Shown: positions 25,297 through 41,490, numbered from the stretch's first letter. The stretch is 64,000 nt of DNA from Octopus sinensis (GCF_006345805.1 NC_043001.1:85188001-85252000), one strand, 5' to 3'. Notes: generated by a model from the sequence alone, not told the origin. Translations and numbers: made by a program.

Positions 25297-27933
25297 AGTT
25301 ATAATATTTCAAGGCGAATCATCATTTGTTGTGAAGGGACCGCCGTTTCGTCCTCCCAGTTGACTGTAGATATTCTAACTTGCAATTCTTTGTAGAATCT
25401 TTTAATTGTTAAAACTCGGCAATCAACTCCTTTTTAATTTTTAGGTCGCTGCAAGTATTTAGTGGCATTTGCATGATATTATTGTGAGATATAATGTTTT
25501 TATTAGTTTATGTTATGAAGGTATCATTGGTGATGTTTGTATTTTCATAAATGTAGTTTATTTCATATATGTAGTTCCGTATTGGTTATGTTTATTACAG
25601 ATTAGTTAATGATGTAACTTCTTTCTTCTCTTCGCAATGTGTCTGGCTGTTGTGTAGGTGTATTAGCTTAAGCTTGAATGATGGAATCTGCGAAAGTAGT
25701 GGTAGCAGTGATGGAATGATGCTGTTGACAGTACTCGTGTAGCTATTGTTGGGGGTTCCAGTATTGTTTCTCAAAGGCGTCTCCCCAATTGTTCATATAT
25801 CTCAATTTTATGTGTTTATGTATTTTTGTTTATGTATTTTCGTTACTTTTTCGTTTTTTTTTTCTGCTGTGATACGTCGACTCCAGACTTCAACTTTAAC
25901 TTTTATTATCGACCCCAAAATAATGAATGGCATGTTCTATTAGGTGCCGCTTTAATAATGATAGTAATCCTTTCTACTACAAGTACAAGGCCTAAACTTT
26001 CCAGGAGAAATCTAGACGATTACAGGCTGTTTGAATAATGGTGGCTTTTTGTGCTGCAGGGTCTAGAGGCGGTTATCTTTAATTGTGGGTGTAAAAATTT
26101 GGGGAATTTTGGAAAGGGGGGTGAAGAAGATGGCAATAAAAAGAACCAGGCAAAGAAAACGAACAAAAGAAGAAAGGGAAAATGAGACAACAAGCACAAA
26201 ACAACAGCACCACCAAAACCCGAGCGAAGCACGGGTCAAAATAGCTAGTAATCATATAAATCCTTTTCTTTATTTGCGTTCGTACTCCTCTCTAATAAAA
26301 AGTATGTTTTTGTGATGAGAAGTTCTGTGTAGCGCTTTAATGCACATTAGTTAACTGACTCTATAATAATTGTATATTTGCATTGTTATGATATGATATG
26401 GTGGTAGTTTGTTTTTTATCTCTAATAACACACAAAGAGAAAAGAATATTAGTTGGAAGTAGCCTAAAGTTAGTAAGTTTATTTTTGAGTAATATTTATG
26501 CAAGACTATCGAGTAAATGACTAGATGACAAGGCACATTGTGACAATAATTACAATAAGCAGCTTACACATCATTTGTTTCTTTGCAAGTTTCATTGATA
26601 TTTTAGCAACTAGGCAGTTTTCAACCTTGAAATCTATGTAATGGTGTGGAGGCGCTATGTTTAGTGGCTGAGGTATTTGACTCACGACCGTAAATTCGTG
26701 ATTTCGATTCCCAGCGGCGCGTTGTATCCTTGAGTGAGACATTATTTCTCGTTGCTCCGGCCCACTCAATTGGCGAAAATGAGTTGTACCTGTAGTTCCA
26801 AAGGGCCAGCCTTGTCATACTCTATGTGAAGCTGAATCTCTCTGAGAAATACGTTAATAGTACACGTGTCTGTAGAGTGCTCGGCCGCTTCCACACTAAT
26901 ATCACGAGCAGGCATTTTGACAAGCATTCCTAACAACTAGAATGCTTGTCGTCGCAACCGACGAAGAATCAGCAGGCCAATAAAACTGGTAGCTAGTAAG
27001 AGGAATAGTCCGAAAGAAAAAGCGTGTGAACCTAATCGTGATCCGAACTTGAAATTCATTATAGTAACATTAAAATGTTGATCGCATGTGATGTTTCTAC
27101 GGGAAATACAAACTACATTTTCTAAAAAATATAATAATGATTCAAATCGAGAATCGTACACTCTTTATGCTGGAATCAAAAGATGCCTATCTTGAAGAGG
27201 CAATGATAAAGTAGGGTACTCATCAATTTTTCTACGTTAATAAAGTGCGGGATATGAAATTAAAAGGATTGATACCGACCTAGTTATGTAAAGGGAATTT
27301 ATGGACAACCAAGAGCATTCAAGCCAGGAATACAGTGATTCCACCAATTGATCAAGATCAGCCAATAAGAACAAACTTCAAACACTGTTCCATAACACTT
27401 ATTCTTATAAAGTAGTTACGAACAAATAATAAATCAAAATTAAGTGTTCTAAACGTTCTGAAAATTACTTCAAAACTGTGAAACTTCAAAATTGATTGAA
27501 GTTATTTACACAAACTTAAAGACTACGTCAAAACGAATATTATAACGCATTTCTTTCCGCATTCAATATTGAGTCTTGGTAAATGTTCTATTCATATTCT
27601 TAAAGGGATTTGAAAACAATAATCTTACATACATATATACACACATAAACACATGCATACAGACATACATATATACATACATGCGTACAGACATACATAT
27701 ATACATACATACATACACACATAAACACATACATATATACATACATATATCGATGCATACATAAATGCATACATACATAAATATATTACATACATACACT
27801 TTTAAACGCACATATGTATTATAAATAGATACACATGTGAATATATAAATATATTAATATAAATATATTAATATACATGTGTCTATATTAACACACACAC
27901 ATATATATATTTGTATATGTATATAAATATACG

Positions 27934-27969
<36 letters not shown>

Positions 27970-28138
27970 TACATATATATATATGTATATATATGTATAT
28001 ATATATACATGTATATACATATGTATATATATGTGTATATATATATATATATATAAATGAATAGATACATATATATAGAGAGAGATAAAGAGATGCGTAT
28101 ATATGCGGGTTTATGTACGTGTTTATTTGTATGTATAA

Positions 28139-28175
<37 letters not shown>

Positions 28176-28192
28176 AACACCTACACACATGC

Positions 28193-28276
<84 letters not shown>

Positions 28277-28277
28277 C

Positions 28278-28330
<53 letters not shown>

Positions 28331-28619
28331 TTATATATAGCGGGGCGAAAGAGGAATGGAGATATACAAACACGTCAGAACAAATGTCAACTTGCTATAG
28401 TAAAATATTTTACAATACAAAAAATATGTCTGACATTTTGTATCACATCCGTATTTTGCAGTGTTTTGATTTATTAATGATTTATTGTTCAGCAAGTCTG
28501 GCCTGAATATATAATAACCAGATTTCTATTACATTAATTAACTTCAGACACACATCGGAATGAGTGCTTTTATTTTCTCTCCTTGAGGGATTATAATATA
28601 ATGCTATATTATCATCAAT

Positions 28620-28802
28620 ATCTCGTTATAACAACCGCAATAACAACAACAACAACAATAATATCAATAACAATAACAATAACAATAATAATAATGTTGA
28701 TAATAATAATGACAGTAACAACATCAGCAGCAATATTAAAAATTACGATCATAGTGATATTAATAATAATGATGATTTTGATAATGATAATATTACTAAT
28801 AC

Positions 28803-28857
<55 letters not shown>

Positions 28858-28867
28858 AATAATAATA

Positions 28868-28914
<47 letters not shown>

Positions 28915-28960
28915 AATGATGATGATGATGATGATGATAATGATGATGATGATGATGATG

Positions 28961-29017
<57 letters not shown>

Positions 29018-29037
29018 TTAAAAAAAAAAAAAAAAAA

Positions 29038-29082
<45 letters not shown>
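28620..29082. repeat. Long compound (TAA)/(TGA)/(CAA) microsatellite
   Basis: Directly visible. Confidence 0.95.
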
Positions 29083-29083
<1 letters not shown>

Positions 29084-32070
29084 GTATTGATCAAGTTTTC
29101 CTTGAGTTAAATGTCATATAGTATCAATATTTGATTTTAAATCTTTCTGAAAGTATAATAGAGAGTCACAGAACATAGTTCGGGAAGTGCTACGTGATGA
29201 TGACTCACTAGAAGTCAATACCGTGATACGCTGTGGCTTCCATAAGCTGTGCCACTAGTGTGCAACCTCCTTGAACGACCTCTGATGAGGAACATGTCAA
29301 AGAATAGAAGCCAGACTAATATGGACTATCTCTCTTCAGAGGCCAAAGTTACAGAAGCATAGATAATTGAAAATCAACAAAAACTGGGAGAGGAAAAAAC
29401 AGACAAGAGTAGAGAACAGTAAAGAATGTGGATTTATTAAGTAACCTGCCAATGACACCAACCACATTTCGCGAAAAGCAGTAGTTTCTATTGACTGAGA
29501 TATCCAGAAAAATAATCAATTATTGATCTTCTGATATTTGACATCATTCCAACTCCCTCACCTCTTGTCAAATTTACTTAGAGCAGAAAAATGTTGCCCA
29601 ACTTCACTTCTAATTCTCGGTGGTACGTGGAGAAGTTGATGATAGCTTGGCTGGAGAAGTATATTTCTGTCCTCAACACTTTCACCAGTACTACAAATAG
29701 AAGCACAGTTGCTCCGCGTTTGTTACAGAAGAAAGCAGTAGGACAATTTCCACGGTTATTTATCTCACAACCTGATCAATGATGCTTGCCCAGTGAAGGC
29801 GTGAAGGTAGTAACTTCGAAGGGTACTTTGTTAACAATTATGAGCTCGTCGGTTCGATTCCTTATGGCCCATTGTAACCTTGAGCAAACACTTTATTTCT
29901 CGTTGCTCTAGTCGACTTAGGTAGCAAAAATTGGTGTACTTGTAATTCAAATCAACATCCATGTCACATTTTGTTACACTGAATCTCCATGAGGACCATG
30001 TTTATGGCATTTGTGCTTAACGTGTGGGGGCCATTTGCACGTTAGTTTCACGAACAGGCTCTGGAGTACGCCGCATTGTAACCGTCGTAGAGCAAGGTTA
30101 CTCGGCTTTACAACTATTGATGTAAATTATATATCAATATTCCTTACATTTTAAACGAGTTCATAGAGATTATTTTTTTGTTCTCATATATCTGTTGTTA
30201 TGGCTCTAAGGGAAGTGCATTACTGAAGAAATAAATGCCAATTAAAATGCCCATCTATGTATCATATTACACGTATATATATACTGTCGAAGGCAAAGCA
30301 GTGTGGTTTTCCTCCGAGATAAAATCCGAGGTTTTCAAATATTCAATGAAAAAAATTCTGAAGAATTTGAAATAATGAGAAAAATATTAGTAAAGTGTAT
30401 TCACTGAATTGCCTGTCTTTTACTTGTTTTAACCACAATACAATGAAATGAACAATAATGATAAAAAAATAATCTGTTTTAATTTTTAAAAAGCTCTCCA
30501 CAGTGCGTTCAACATTCATAATATATATATTGATATACGTGTGTGTGCGTATTCATATTACATACACATATACATGTCTCTTTGTCTATGCCTATGTTTA
30601 AAGCGGCTAAATGGATTCAGTTTGCACTGTTTCAGATTGGGAACTGCTGTGAAAATTATGGCTATGGATAAGCTTGTACAAGTTCGGTAAGACATTCATC
30701 TTTTCACTCAGAATATTTTTCCACGCTGTAAACCTTGCTACACTGTTAGCTACGTAAAATTTGCGTATATTGATTATTAGTTACCATAGACACAACACAC
30801 TCTCTACACGCACACACATATCCTGGTTAAATAGTTATCATAAAAACACCTATAAATATATTCACACACATATATATACATATTTGCCGAACATTAGTTA
30901 CAATCTTGCGTAGACTATTTTCAAATAGTGTTCTTTTTAAAACTGATTATAGAATTCTAAAACGACAGCCAAGTCAATTTAAAATTACTTCAATGATACA
31001 AGAAAAATACCTGGTGAAAAAAATTTATATCATTAATTCATGAAACTTAAAATAGACTTTGAAATTTTATATTTATTAGAACAGATTAAATATTTTCTTT
31101 AGCTTTTTTTCTGTAAATTCTGTAGGTTTCTATTTATCTTAAATGATATTTTTTAACGTACTTTAGTAAGGAAGATATAGTGAAAAAAGATTTTCTGATG
31201 TCTGAGTTGATAGCACAATTCACAGAAAACGTAAAGTTTTCAATCTCGTTCTCGTCAAGAGAAATACATTGTGTCACTAAAGAAAAGGCACAATAGCTCT
31301 TACTGATCCATACAACTGTGGTGCCATGACTAGATTTCGTATCTCCAATGTAATAACAGATTCAATAAATCTGTTAGTATATCACTTTGTCAAAATATAT
31401 TCGTAATATAGATTCTAACTGAGTTTCTGACCTACGGAAATGAAATGAGTGTAAATAGTAATTGATGAAAAAAGTTTAACAAAAGTTATTTACAATTATA
31501 AAATTGCTTTCTTGTTTAATCCATAGGATATTTCGAGTGTGAAACATCAACAATAAATAGATATTCGATTAGATATTAATCTTTAAACGGACATAAGTAA
31601 AATTAATAAAAACATTAACTGCTATGATATACTTGTATAACAGAACTCATGTATTACATTCGTTTATATTTTACATCTACATTAATAAAAGCGAAATTGA
31701 GTATGTCTAGGATCCGTGTATCTCAGTCTGAAAATCTACCCTTCATTTGGTTCTGGAGCATCCAGCATTGGCATCTGATTTAAAAGCATTTGAGTTGCTA
31801 CTTCCAGCGGGTAAAGCGACCTTGAGAAGTAGAAGAATTACCTCCCTTAACTTTAAGTATTACTAAGGAATTTAGAGGTTCTTTTATCTGTTCAGTCATT
31901 AGACTACGGCCATGCTGGAACACCGCCTTTAAGAATTTTAATCGAACCTGTTGACACCAGTTCTTTCTATTTGATACCTGGTTCTATTTTATTGGCCTCT
32001 TTTACCACAGGAACACCAGTTATCAAACGGTGGTAGGGGACAAACACAGACAAAGTCACACCACACCACA

Positions 32071-32136
<66 letters not shown>

Positions 32137-32801
32137 TTTACTGAAATTTTAAAATAACTCCAAAAATTTATGAAGTTAGAAGTTTTTCAATTAAACTGAA
32201 TTTAAAGTAATACCATATTGCTAGTGTACTAATAAATGTTGATTGGTTTGGGGCCGCGGGCTCAATTAGCCCTCCGCGGGAGCCAGAACAAAAATCTTCA
32301 CGGAGTGTGCGTTTAAGCTCATTTTTACATATTAGTCAGAATTCTTATATAACTGAAGTTCATTTACATCCCTAATACCCTAAATCAAAATTATGGTTAT
32401 CAGCTTATCACATTCTGAAAGCTTTCAATAATGCAGATGGTATAATAAAATAATGACATACTATTACCGGGTTGTTTTATGAACTCTTTTATCAAATAAC
32501 GAAACAGCTTTGTAAGCTCATAGTCAGACGAAATGAATTACTATTCCTATTTTCATGTCCGACACTAGAATTTGACTATAACATTGTGTCCTTTTGCAGA
32601 CGATGTTGTAGTTTCACTCATGCATTCTTTGTTATTTCTTTTATTGAGGTTTTACATTTATCGAAGCTTTCTACCAGTATTCCTTTTTATTATGAGTGGG
32701 TATGGCTTTCACAATGATGTGGGTTCTTACTTCTTTGTTCTCAAACCAAAATAAGCTGTCAGAGGCTCCTTTTGAATGTCGCACCTCATCCCTTCGGCAA
32801 C

Positions 32802-32849
<48 letters not shown>

Positions 32850-33710
32850 GTATGTATGCATGTATGTACGTATAATGTGTGTGTGACTGAGAATATGTGT
32901 GCTTTTCCCTGTAAGAATGCATTTAAATTCACATGCATATAAGAGGAATAACATTAATATTCTATCTTTGCTTTTGCATAGCAACAAATCTCACAGATTG
33001 TCATTATACCAAACACATAATCATCTCACTAAAAGCAAGCATAAAATTCGCAAAATTTTCTATGGACGAGCCATTTTAAAAGGAAGGAATATAACTGTTT
33101 TATATCATTGATCTTTAATTTTTTTATTTATATTCAATTTATTCCCCGACCCCTTTAATTGAACATGAGAGACGAAAAAAAGAAAGAGTTAAAACAAGAG
33201 AAGCAAACTCAAAAGATAACATGAGAACAGTCAAGTTAAATTGTCGACAGTCAAATAGCTGCCATGATGGAAATACCATAATTGCATTTTTTTTTTTAAT
33301 ATAATAAAATATTAATAGGAACGGAGTTGGAAAAGGAGAAATGAAAGAAAATTTAATGAAACAACAGAATAATGAATCTACATTTTAAAGTCAGTTTTTC
33401 GCATTAGGAATGGAAGAGACAGCAAGGATGAGAGAGAGGGGCACGGGTGGAGAGAATGAGAGACGGGAGGATAAATTTGAGAGATGCAAAACAAGTACAA
33501 TGTATAAAAGGAAGAATCAATAAATTAGAGTAAAGTTATTGAAAAATATTTAGCTACGCTTTCCACATATTATCATCACCATCAACGACGCCTTCATAAT
33601 CATCATTTTCCTCCTCCTCATCATCATCATTTACCTACTTTTTCTCATCTTCAGCGACTTCGGTTGCGCTGTGTTTTTTTTTTTATTTTGTCATCAACCT
33701 TGTCATAATC

Positions 33711-33742
<32 letters not shown>

Positions 33743-34064
33743 ATTATTATTATTACCTAAGTTAGCGGAAACGTTAGAGTGTTGAATAAAATAAACAAAA
33801 TGACATAGCGGTATTTAGGTCTCTTAAGATCTAAGATCAAATCCAGTCGACGTCTGCTTTGCTTTTCATCATTTCGAAGTCGACAAAATTAAATACTATT
33901 CGAGTAAACATTATCGATAAAACTCCTTCCTAGAAAATTGCTATTCATTCTTTCGAGGTCGATGAAATAAGTACCAGTTGAGCATTAGAGTCAATGTAAT
34001 CGAATAAACTCACAACCCCGTAAATTTCAGGTGTAGAAGAAATTATTATCATTATTATTATTAC

Positions 34065-34455
<391 letters not shown>

Positions 34456-34520
34456 TATTACTATTATTACTATTTATTTTATATTATTATTATTATATTA
34501 TTATTATTATTATTATTATT

Positions 34521-36273
34521 CAGTAGTTTTATTTTATAGCGTGCTTTCACTTCACTACCGAGCGCAGCTCTGTGTGCCTGGGTATGTGCTGTGATTTGTT
34601 GTGATGCTCTGATGGTTATTGTATGGAAAGTGTTCTGCGTAGGATGTGTGCAGTGCCTAGTAGTGCAATTTTCTGTATGTTATATGTGTTTGTAAGTCCT
34701 GGTGTTTTTGTTATGTATTTGTCTGAATATTTTTTTATCATGCCTAATGCACCTACTATGATAGGAATTGTTTCTGTTTTCAGATTCCACATTCTAATTA
34801 CCTCTATTTCCAGGTCTTTGTATTTTGAAAGTTTCTCCATTTCTTTTAGAGACACGTTGTCATCTGCCGGTATTGATACATCAATTAGAAAGCATTTTTT
34901 TTCTTCATGATCTCTGACAACTATATCTGGTCTGTTGGCCTTAATTTCTCTATCTGTGTGTATCGGCATATCCCAGAGTATGGTTGCTTTCTCGTTTTCT
35001 TATACCTTTTCTGGTGTGTGCCTATACCATCTTTTTTCTGTTGTTATTCCATAATGTTGGCATAGCTTCCAATGTATGTAGGTTCCAACTCTGTCATGTC
35101 TGTGAATATATTCCTTCTTAGCCAGGACTGGGCAGCTAGAGATAATATGATTTATTGTTTCTTGTCCATCTCCACATATTCTGCATTTACTTGTAATATT
35201 TATTTTCATTACATGTTTTTGGTAATTTCTGGTGTGGAGGCTTTGGTCTTGTGCTGCAATTAAAAATCCCTCTGTCTCTGCTTTGAGTCCTGAGCTTCTC
35301 AACCATTGCTGGGATTTTTCTTTGTCTATTTCTTTTGCGTTTAGTTTAGTCCAGTATTTACCATGAAGGGGCTTTTCTTGCCATCGTTTTATCATGGTTC
35401 GTTGCTGTTCTATTTTTAGTTTGGATTTCATTTGTTTTATAGCTTTTGTTGTTTCTTCATCTTCTTCTTCTTCTTCATGTTTATTATGTGGTCTGATTTC
35501 TTGTTTGTATTTGTCAGCTTCCTTAATTACTGAGAACAGTTTTTTGTTTTGCTCGTGTTTTGCCGCTATCTGGATCAGTTTTCCTTCCGTCTGAAGTAGA
35601 TTTTTTGCAGTCCTATGGTGGTTATTTTATAGTAGTTTTCCAGCTGTATAAGGCCTCTACCACCTTCTATACGTTGTATATATAGTCTTTCTATGTCAGA
35701 TTTTGGGTGATGCATCCTAGATCCTGTCATTATTTTTCTTGTTTTCCTATCTATTTTGGTCAGTTCATTTCGTGTCCAGTTAAGGATATTGTAGCTGTAA
35801 CTTATAACTGGGACAGCTAAAGTGTTAATACCAATTATCTTGTTTTTAGCATTGAGCTCTGTTTTTAGTATTGATCTAACTCGTCTATAATATTCTTTTT
35901 TCATTTTCTCTTTCATTTGTGTGTGTTGTGTCTTATCTAGTTCATGGATTCCTAAGTATTTGTAACTTTGGCTTTGGTCTAATTCTTTTATTTCATTGGT
36001 TTTATCTAGTGTGATGTTGTTACTCTTAACTAGTTTTCCTCTTTTCATGGTTACTTTGGCGCATTTCTCTAATCCAAATTTCATATCTATTTCTTTGGTA
36101 AATCAATGAACTGTCTTTAATAGTTGTTCCAGCTGTTTGTCATTTGCAGTGTATAGTTTTAGGTCATCCATATATAAAAGGTGGCTGATCGTTTTGCCGT
36201 AACATTTATATCCGCATCCAGTTCTATTTAGTATATCAGATAGAGGTGACAGTGCCAAGCAGAAAAGGAGTGG

Positions 36274-36276
<3 letters not shown>
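34521..36276 (-). mobile_element. R4/Dong-like family 1, 5'-truncated (inverted, closely similar relative of 22032-23716)
   Basis: PLLFCLAL, HLLYMDDLKLY (RT catalytic motif), MKFGLEKCA, CCHC knuckle and RLE motifs (ORFs 35575-36084, 35000-35431, 34616-34969). (TTA)n on both sides. Confidence 0.93.
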
Positions 36277-36338
<62 letters not shown>

Positions 36339-36373
36339 CATCATCATCATCATCATCATATCATCATCATCAT

Positions 36374-36405
<32 letters not shown>

Positions 36406-36406
<1 letters not shown>

Positions 36407-39400
36407 TTCGCACAGCTTCTAACGCTGGATATATACTATGGTGTCAACTATTCACTACCAGTGAACTAAGGTAACACCTATTATTTTCCGAGCACCTTCC
36501 GGAGTAGTCGAGCGGTTCCAAGCAATGCTGTTTTCTGCAAGTGCTCCACCCTTATTGCAGTCCCTATTTGTTCCATGTACTTCTCGAAATCTTTGCTCAC
36601 TGTTCCCAGGGTTCCAACAATTATTGGTACTACTGTTACCTTTTTCGTTGACCACAACTGCTTAACTTCCCAAGCTAACATGTCATATCTCTCGACTTTT
36701 CTTTCTTCCTTATCGCATACCTTGTTGTCAGTTGGGCATGCAATATCTATGATCCAGCATAGTTTGTTTTCTTTCTCAATTAAGACCATGTTTTGCTTCT
36801 TGTTCTGTATCTCATGGTCGCACCGAATCATAAAATCCCATAAGGATCTCTGCATTTCTATTTTTGACGATGCCTTCAGGTTTGTGGTCATACCAATTTT
36901 TTGGCTCTGTCAAGTCCATACTCGTTACAAATTGTCCAATGGACAAGCCTGGCTATATTGTCGTGGCGTCTCTTATATTCCTTCGGGATAGTGGCGTACA
37001 TTAGCTGGTAATATGCCATAAGGTTTCCCCGTTTTGTCCACAGATTCTGCACTTATCACTTTCTGTTGTGTTGTCTCTTCTGTATTTTATGTAGTTTGTT
37101 CTTAGAGCTTGCTCTTGGGCAGCACAGATGAGAGCCTCCGTTTCCGGTTTTAAATCACTTTTAGTCATCCACAGCCATGTTGTTTCTCTGTTTGTCTTAT
37201 CTTCAACATCCCTATGAATTTTTCCATGCATTCTTTTCTTTACCCACCTATTTTCAGTTTCATTAGTTTTCAATTTATCGAATAGTGCTTTATCTTTGCA
37301 ATCTTTCATCCTACACAAACCTGACCTTCTTATTTCTAATAACAGTGGTTCTGTGTAATTTTTTACATACCATGCTATGTTGTTTTCTTCTGCTCTAATA
37401 CTGTGTTCGCATCCAATAAGTCCTCTTCCCCCTCTTTTTATTGGTACATACAGTCTGTATGTGTCACTTTTTGGGTGGAGTGATCCATATCTAGTTAGCA
37501 ACTTCCTTGTCTTTCTGTCTAAGTTGTTTTGTTCGTCTACTGTCCATACGATTACCCCTGCCCCATATCTGAAAAGTGAAATCGCCCAAGTGTTGATAGC
37601 TTCTATCTTATTCCGTCCATTTAATTTCGACTTAAGGATAAGCCTCAGTGTGCGCAAGTATTCCACCTTAAATTTCCTCTGTCATTTCTTTCTTCATCAA
37701 TTTATCCATTTCCAAGTATTTATAACTCGTCTCTTCTATCTGTTTGATAAGATCCCCCGATGGTATCGTTAGCCCGTCCATACATTTGATTTTGCCTCTC
37801 TTCAAGTCTAATACACCACACATTCTCAGTCTGAACTCCAGTCTGATATCAGGTATACACTGAAGGTATACACCGTATCAACGAGGGAACTGACTTGGGC
37901 TTCATCTTTACCATACAATTTGAGGTCATCCATGAATAACAAATGGTTGACTTTTTGTTGGCAGCTTTTGAATACATACTTAGATTTGCTTTCCTCAGAA
38001 TCGGTGTAAGTGGTATCAAGCACAGTACAAAGATCAATGGGGAGAGGCAGTCCCCATGGAAGATGACCCGCCTAATTTCTACTCTCCCTAAACTTCTTCC
38101 ATATGCTGTCGGGTCCGTCCTCTAATTCGCCATACTTTTCCCAAGCAATCGCTGAACATGCGATGCAATACCAAATAGGTTCATACACTCCATAATCCAA
38201 GAATGTGTGATCATATCGTACGCCTAACGGTAGTCGATCCATGACATGGCTAAGTTACTTTTCCTCTGTAAGTACAATTTTGTCCATTAGGAGTTGATAC
38301 TTGGTACCTCTGCACTTACGCTTGCAACCCTTCTGCTCATGTGGCAGGACTCCATTTTTTTCTCCAGGTGTTCGTACATTGAATCTGCGAGTATTCCGTT
38401 CAATAACTTCCACATAAGTAGCAAACAGGATATCCGCCTGTAATTGTCTACCGTATTGGTTTTTTCGATGTTTTTCAGGCACACCTTCTGTAAACCACTT
38501 TGGGGCTTTCGCAGGGTTGGACATGGCTTTATTGAGTGCCACTGCCAAGTTGTGGGGAGTGTTCATTAAAGAGTTTAGTCAAAAATTGGGAATCTTATGT
38601 ATACCTGGGGATTTCCATTTCTTTGACTTGACGAGCACCGCTTTCACTTCTTTAGTTCTTATATCCTGCCATTCTTGATATTTGAGGTGGGCATTTTCCT
38701 CTTCTATGTCCGTGACCCAATGTGCATTCTGATTAATCTCCTTAAGATTACTCCAAATGTTTCTTTCCAAAAATATTCAGTTTGCTGCTGGTGAGGAGGT
38801 GTTTTCACAATAATGGTATTTTCCCCCAATTCCCTGTATAATTTTTTTGTGTTCTCCTTGAATAGTATATTTTGTCTATGGAATGCTGAGCGGTTTTTGT
38901 ATCTTGCCAGTCGTCTGGATTTTAATTGTAGTTTTTGCTTGAGGATTTCAATCTGTGTATCCTTTGTTTTCTTGTAAAGGTCATGTTTAACAATTATTCT
39001 TATTAGTTTGTTGGGTTTATTAGTTTTCCCTTTGCTTGCTTCAAGTAGAAAAGATCTATCTGCTCTTAGTTGGATTATTTGCCGGAATATTCTTTCCACC
39101 CATGCAGGCTCTTTGTGTACATTGCACTCTTTTGTGTATCTCTAATTTTAATACCGCATTTCTGAGTTGCAACATAAGCAGCTGAGTAAAGGAGTTGACC
39201 AATCACTTCGAGGGTATTTTCTCTACTATTCTCAAGGAGTTGTTGTATCAGCTTTCGTCAGTTTTTTTGAGCATTAATAATATTGGGAAATGGGGCTCTT
39301 TCGTGGAAAGGTCGATGTAGTTGTATTAGATATTGTCCTAGTATTCCATCTAACAGTTCATTGCCTACGTGATCATTTATAGTGTTTTTAGTATCAACTG

Positions 39401-41490
39401 ATGGTCCACATTCGTAGGGTTCTGTGTACCTAGATTCCTGATTTATATCACTGATTTTAGAGCTTTTTGCTTGTAAGTGTCCGTTATACTGAGCTGACTT
39501 TTGACTGAGATGACTATTTTGTCAATTTCGCTGTCAGTTAATCTTTTAATGTTTTAGGACATCACGTTTCAGAGTTCCTAATTTATTACTGTCTATGTAC
39601 AGCCTGCTATGCGGGTTTTTGCATTTCCAGATATTGTAGGTCTCTTTTTGCGTGGTTGATGCTTCTGGGTTAAGAGTTGAAGTATAATAAGCATGCATAA
39701 CTTCGATGTATTCCTCCTTAGTCCACTTCTGTTTTGTATTTCTATTTCGGTCAATATAAAGATTTTCACCCGTTAACGAAAAAGAAAAAAAAGCCTGCTA
39801 GGTATTAACAACTGTGTAGAAAACGAATAAAACAAAAAAATTCTGCAAATGAAAACGGGCGGGGATGGGGAGAGGACTTTTGGAAAATTCACAAGATCCG
39901 ATTTTTCCGCTTAACTTTCAGGATAAGGCAATGCCCATTTTTACTTCCACAAACGCACGATGTTTTGCAGTGGTCAAATGATTCTCTTTAATTTCACTTT
40001 GTCACAGTATTTCTTTGCCATTTTCACTTTTCCCTTTTCAAAAGAGCTTGCTGTTATTTCTGTACTCATATCTTTTGTAACTTTCCAAAAAAAAAAAAAA
40101 AAAAGACAGCAAAAAAAAAGTAAACACTTTCATTTCGAATGAATTACTTTGTCATATTACTGCGGGAATTTTCTTTGAAAGAAATCTTTGCAGAAATGTG
40201 AGTAGATTAATTACATATTTCTTTCATTATGTGAGGTTTGGCTGTTATTTCTAGCAAGTGGATAGCCTGCTTGAAGGCCAAGGACGTAGAATTGGGAGGG
40301 AGGGGGTTGGATATATATATATATATTTTGTGTGTGTTTGTAAAGTTGAAATTTTACACACAATTTTTTTTTTTAAGAAACGTAATCTTCGTATTTTGCT
40401 ACTTATTTCGCAAAGAAAAAAAGAATCCCCCAAAAGGGGAAAAATGAAGAAATAGGGGGATTGAAATTTTGAATATGCGATTTTTTAAAATTTCTTTTCA
40501 AAATCAGATTCTCCATTGCCGAAAACGTGGAATTCCGTAAAAAAATATTAATATGTATCTATTTTCCTGAAAGTTATGAGGGAAAAATCGGATCTTGTCG
40601 TGTCTGCGCTCGGTTCGTTTGAGTAATTTTTCTTTTCGCATTCGCTTTGTACACAGTTGTTAACACCCAGCAGGCTGGGTTTTTTTTTCAGTTATCTATT
40701 TCTTTGAGATACGTTTGGTAGTTGATTCTGACCGTCATTTTCGGGAATATCCCTGGACTACAGGTTCTTAAGGAGATCGGTCCTGATTTAAAGACTTTTC
40801 GAGCTCAGTGTCAGAACCTAAGTTCACTGATGAACACGTTCTTCGAACGATACGGATTCTAGGGGGTGTTCCCATGGTTGATATCCAGGACAGTGCTATA
40901 AACATCCAGGGTTAACCAGTTATCTGGTTGCTTGGGTAAGTTTCAAACGTCCCAGGCATCACCATTTTCTGGTGGGTGAGACATTTTAGTTTCAGAAGTT
41001 TAAATTAGTTTACGTTATGACCTGCCGCTTGGAAGATGTCAAATGGCAGGCAGGCCGACAGAACCCATGTAGCATCGTAAAAAGAGGCAGATATTGAAAT
41101 CGAATTGACAGCCAGAGAGAGAGACAGAGACGGAGACAAAAGACAGAATCGGCGTGTAGTCTCCGATCTACTTCCAGTAGGATGGCGATGGCGTTGACAT
41201 GGTGGTGGTAGAAGTGGTAATGGGATTGTATATGTTCAGTCAGCAGGATGTAAATGCTGTCACATTGTGTGTGTATGTCTCGTGCAAAAACACTATTATC
41301 ATTGTTATTATTAGTAGCTATATTAGCAGTATCAACAACAATAGCAGCAGCAATAGTGCGATCAGGAACCAAAAGAAGTGTCACACCCTTGCGGTCAGCA
41401 GAGGTCAAATGTATTTACTACTACAGGCGCCCAATGAGAAGGCTGACCTTGGCCTTGGAAGGGGCAACTCACCCTGTTCTGTTTTATATT
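36406..41490 (-). mobile_element. Near full-length, degenerate R4/Dong-like element (family 2 3' end), interrupted by a TIR element
   Basis: N-terminal KQKWTKEEYIEVMHAYY, WKSPG, EQKGC, WIDY..AYD, GDCLSP, HLLFMDDLKLY, CRICGQNGETLWHI and an RLE domain. The 5' boundary is approximate. Confidence 0.85.
39749..40694. mobile_element. Non-autonomous DNA transposon with long imperfect TIRs, nested in the R4/Dong element
   Basis: AGCCTGCTAGGTATTAACAACTGTGTA (39792) and ACAAGATCCGATTTTTCC..AACTTTCAGGA are mirrored at 40561-40676. TCTATTTC is duplicated at 39741-39748 and 40695-40702. Confidence 0.78.

Noticed and set aside
25320-25365. GGACGAAACGGCGGTC hammerhead half on the minus strand
   Set aside because: No matching CUGANGA plus stem partner in a valid topology.
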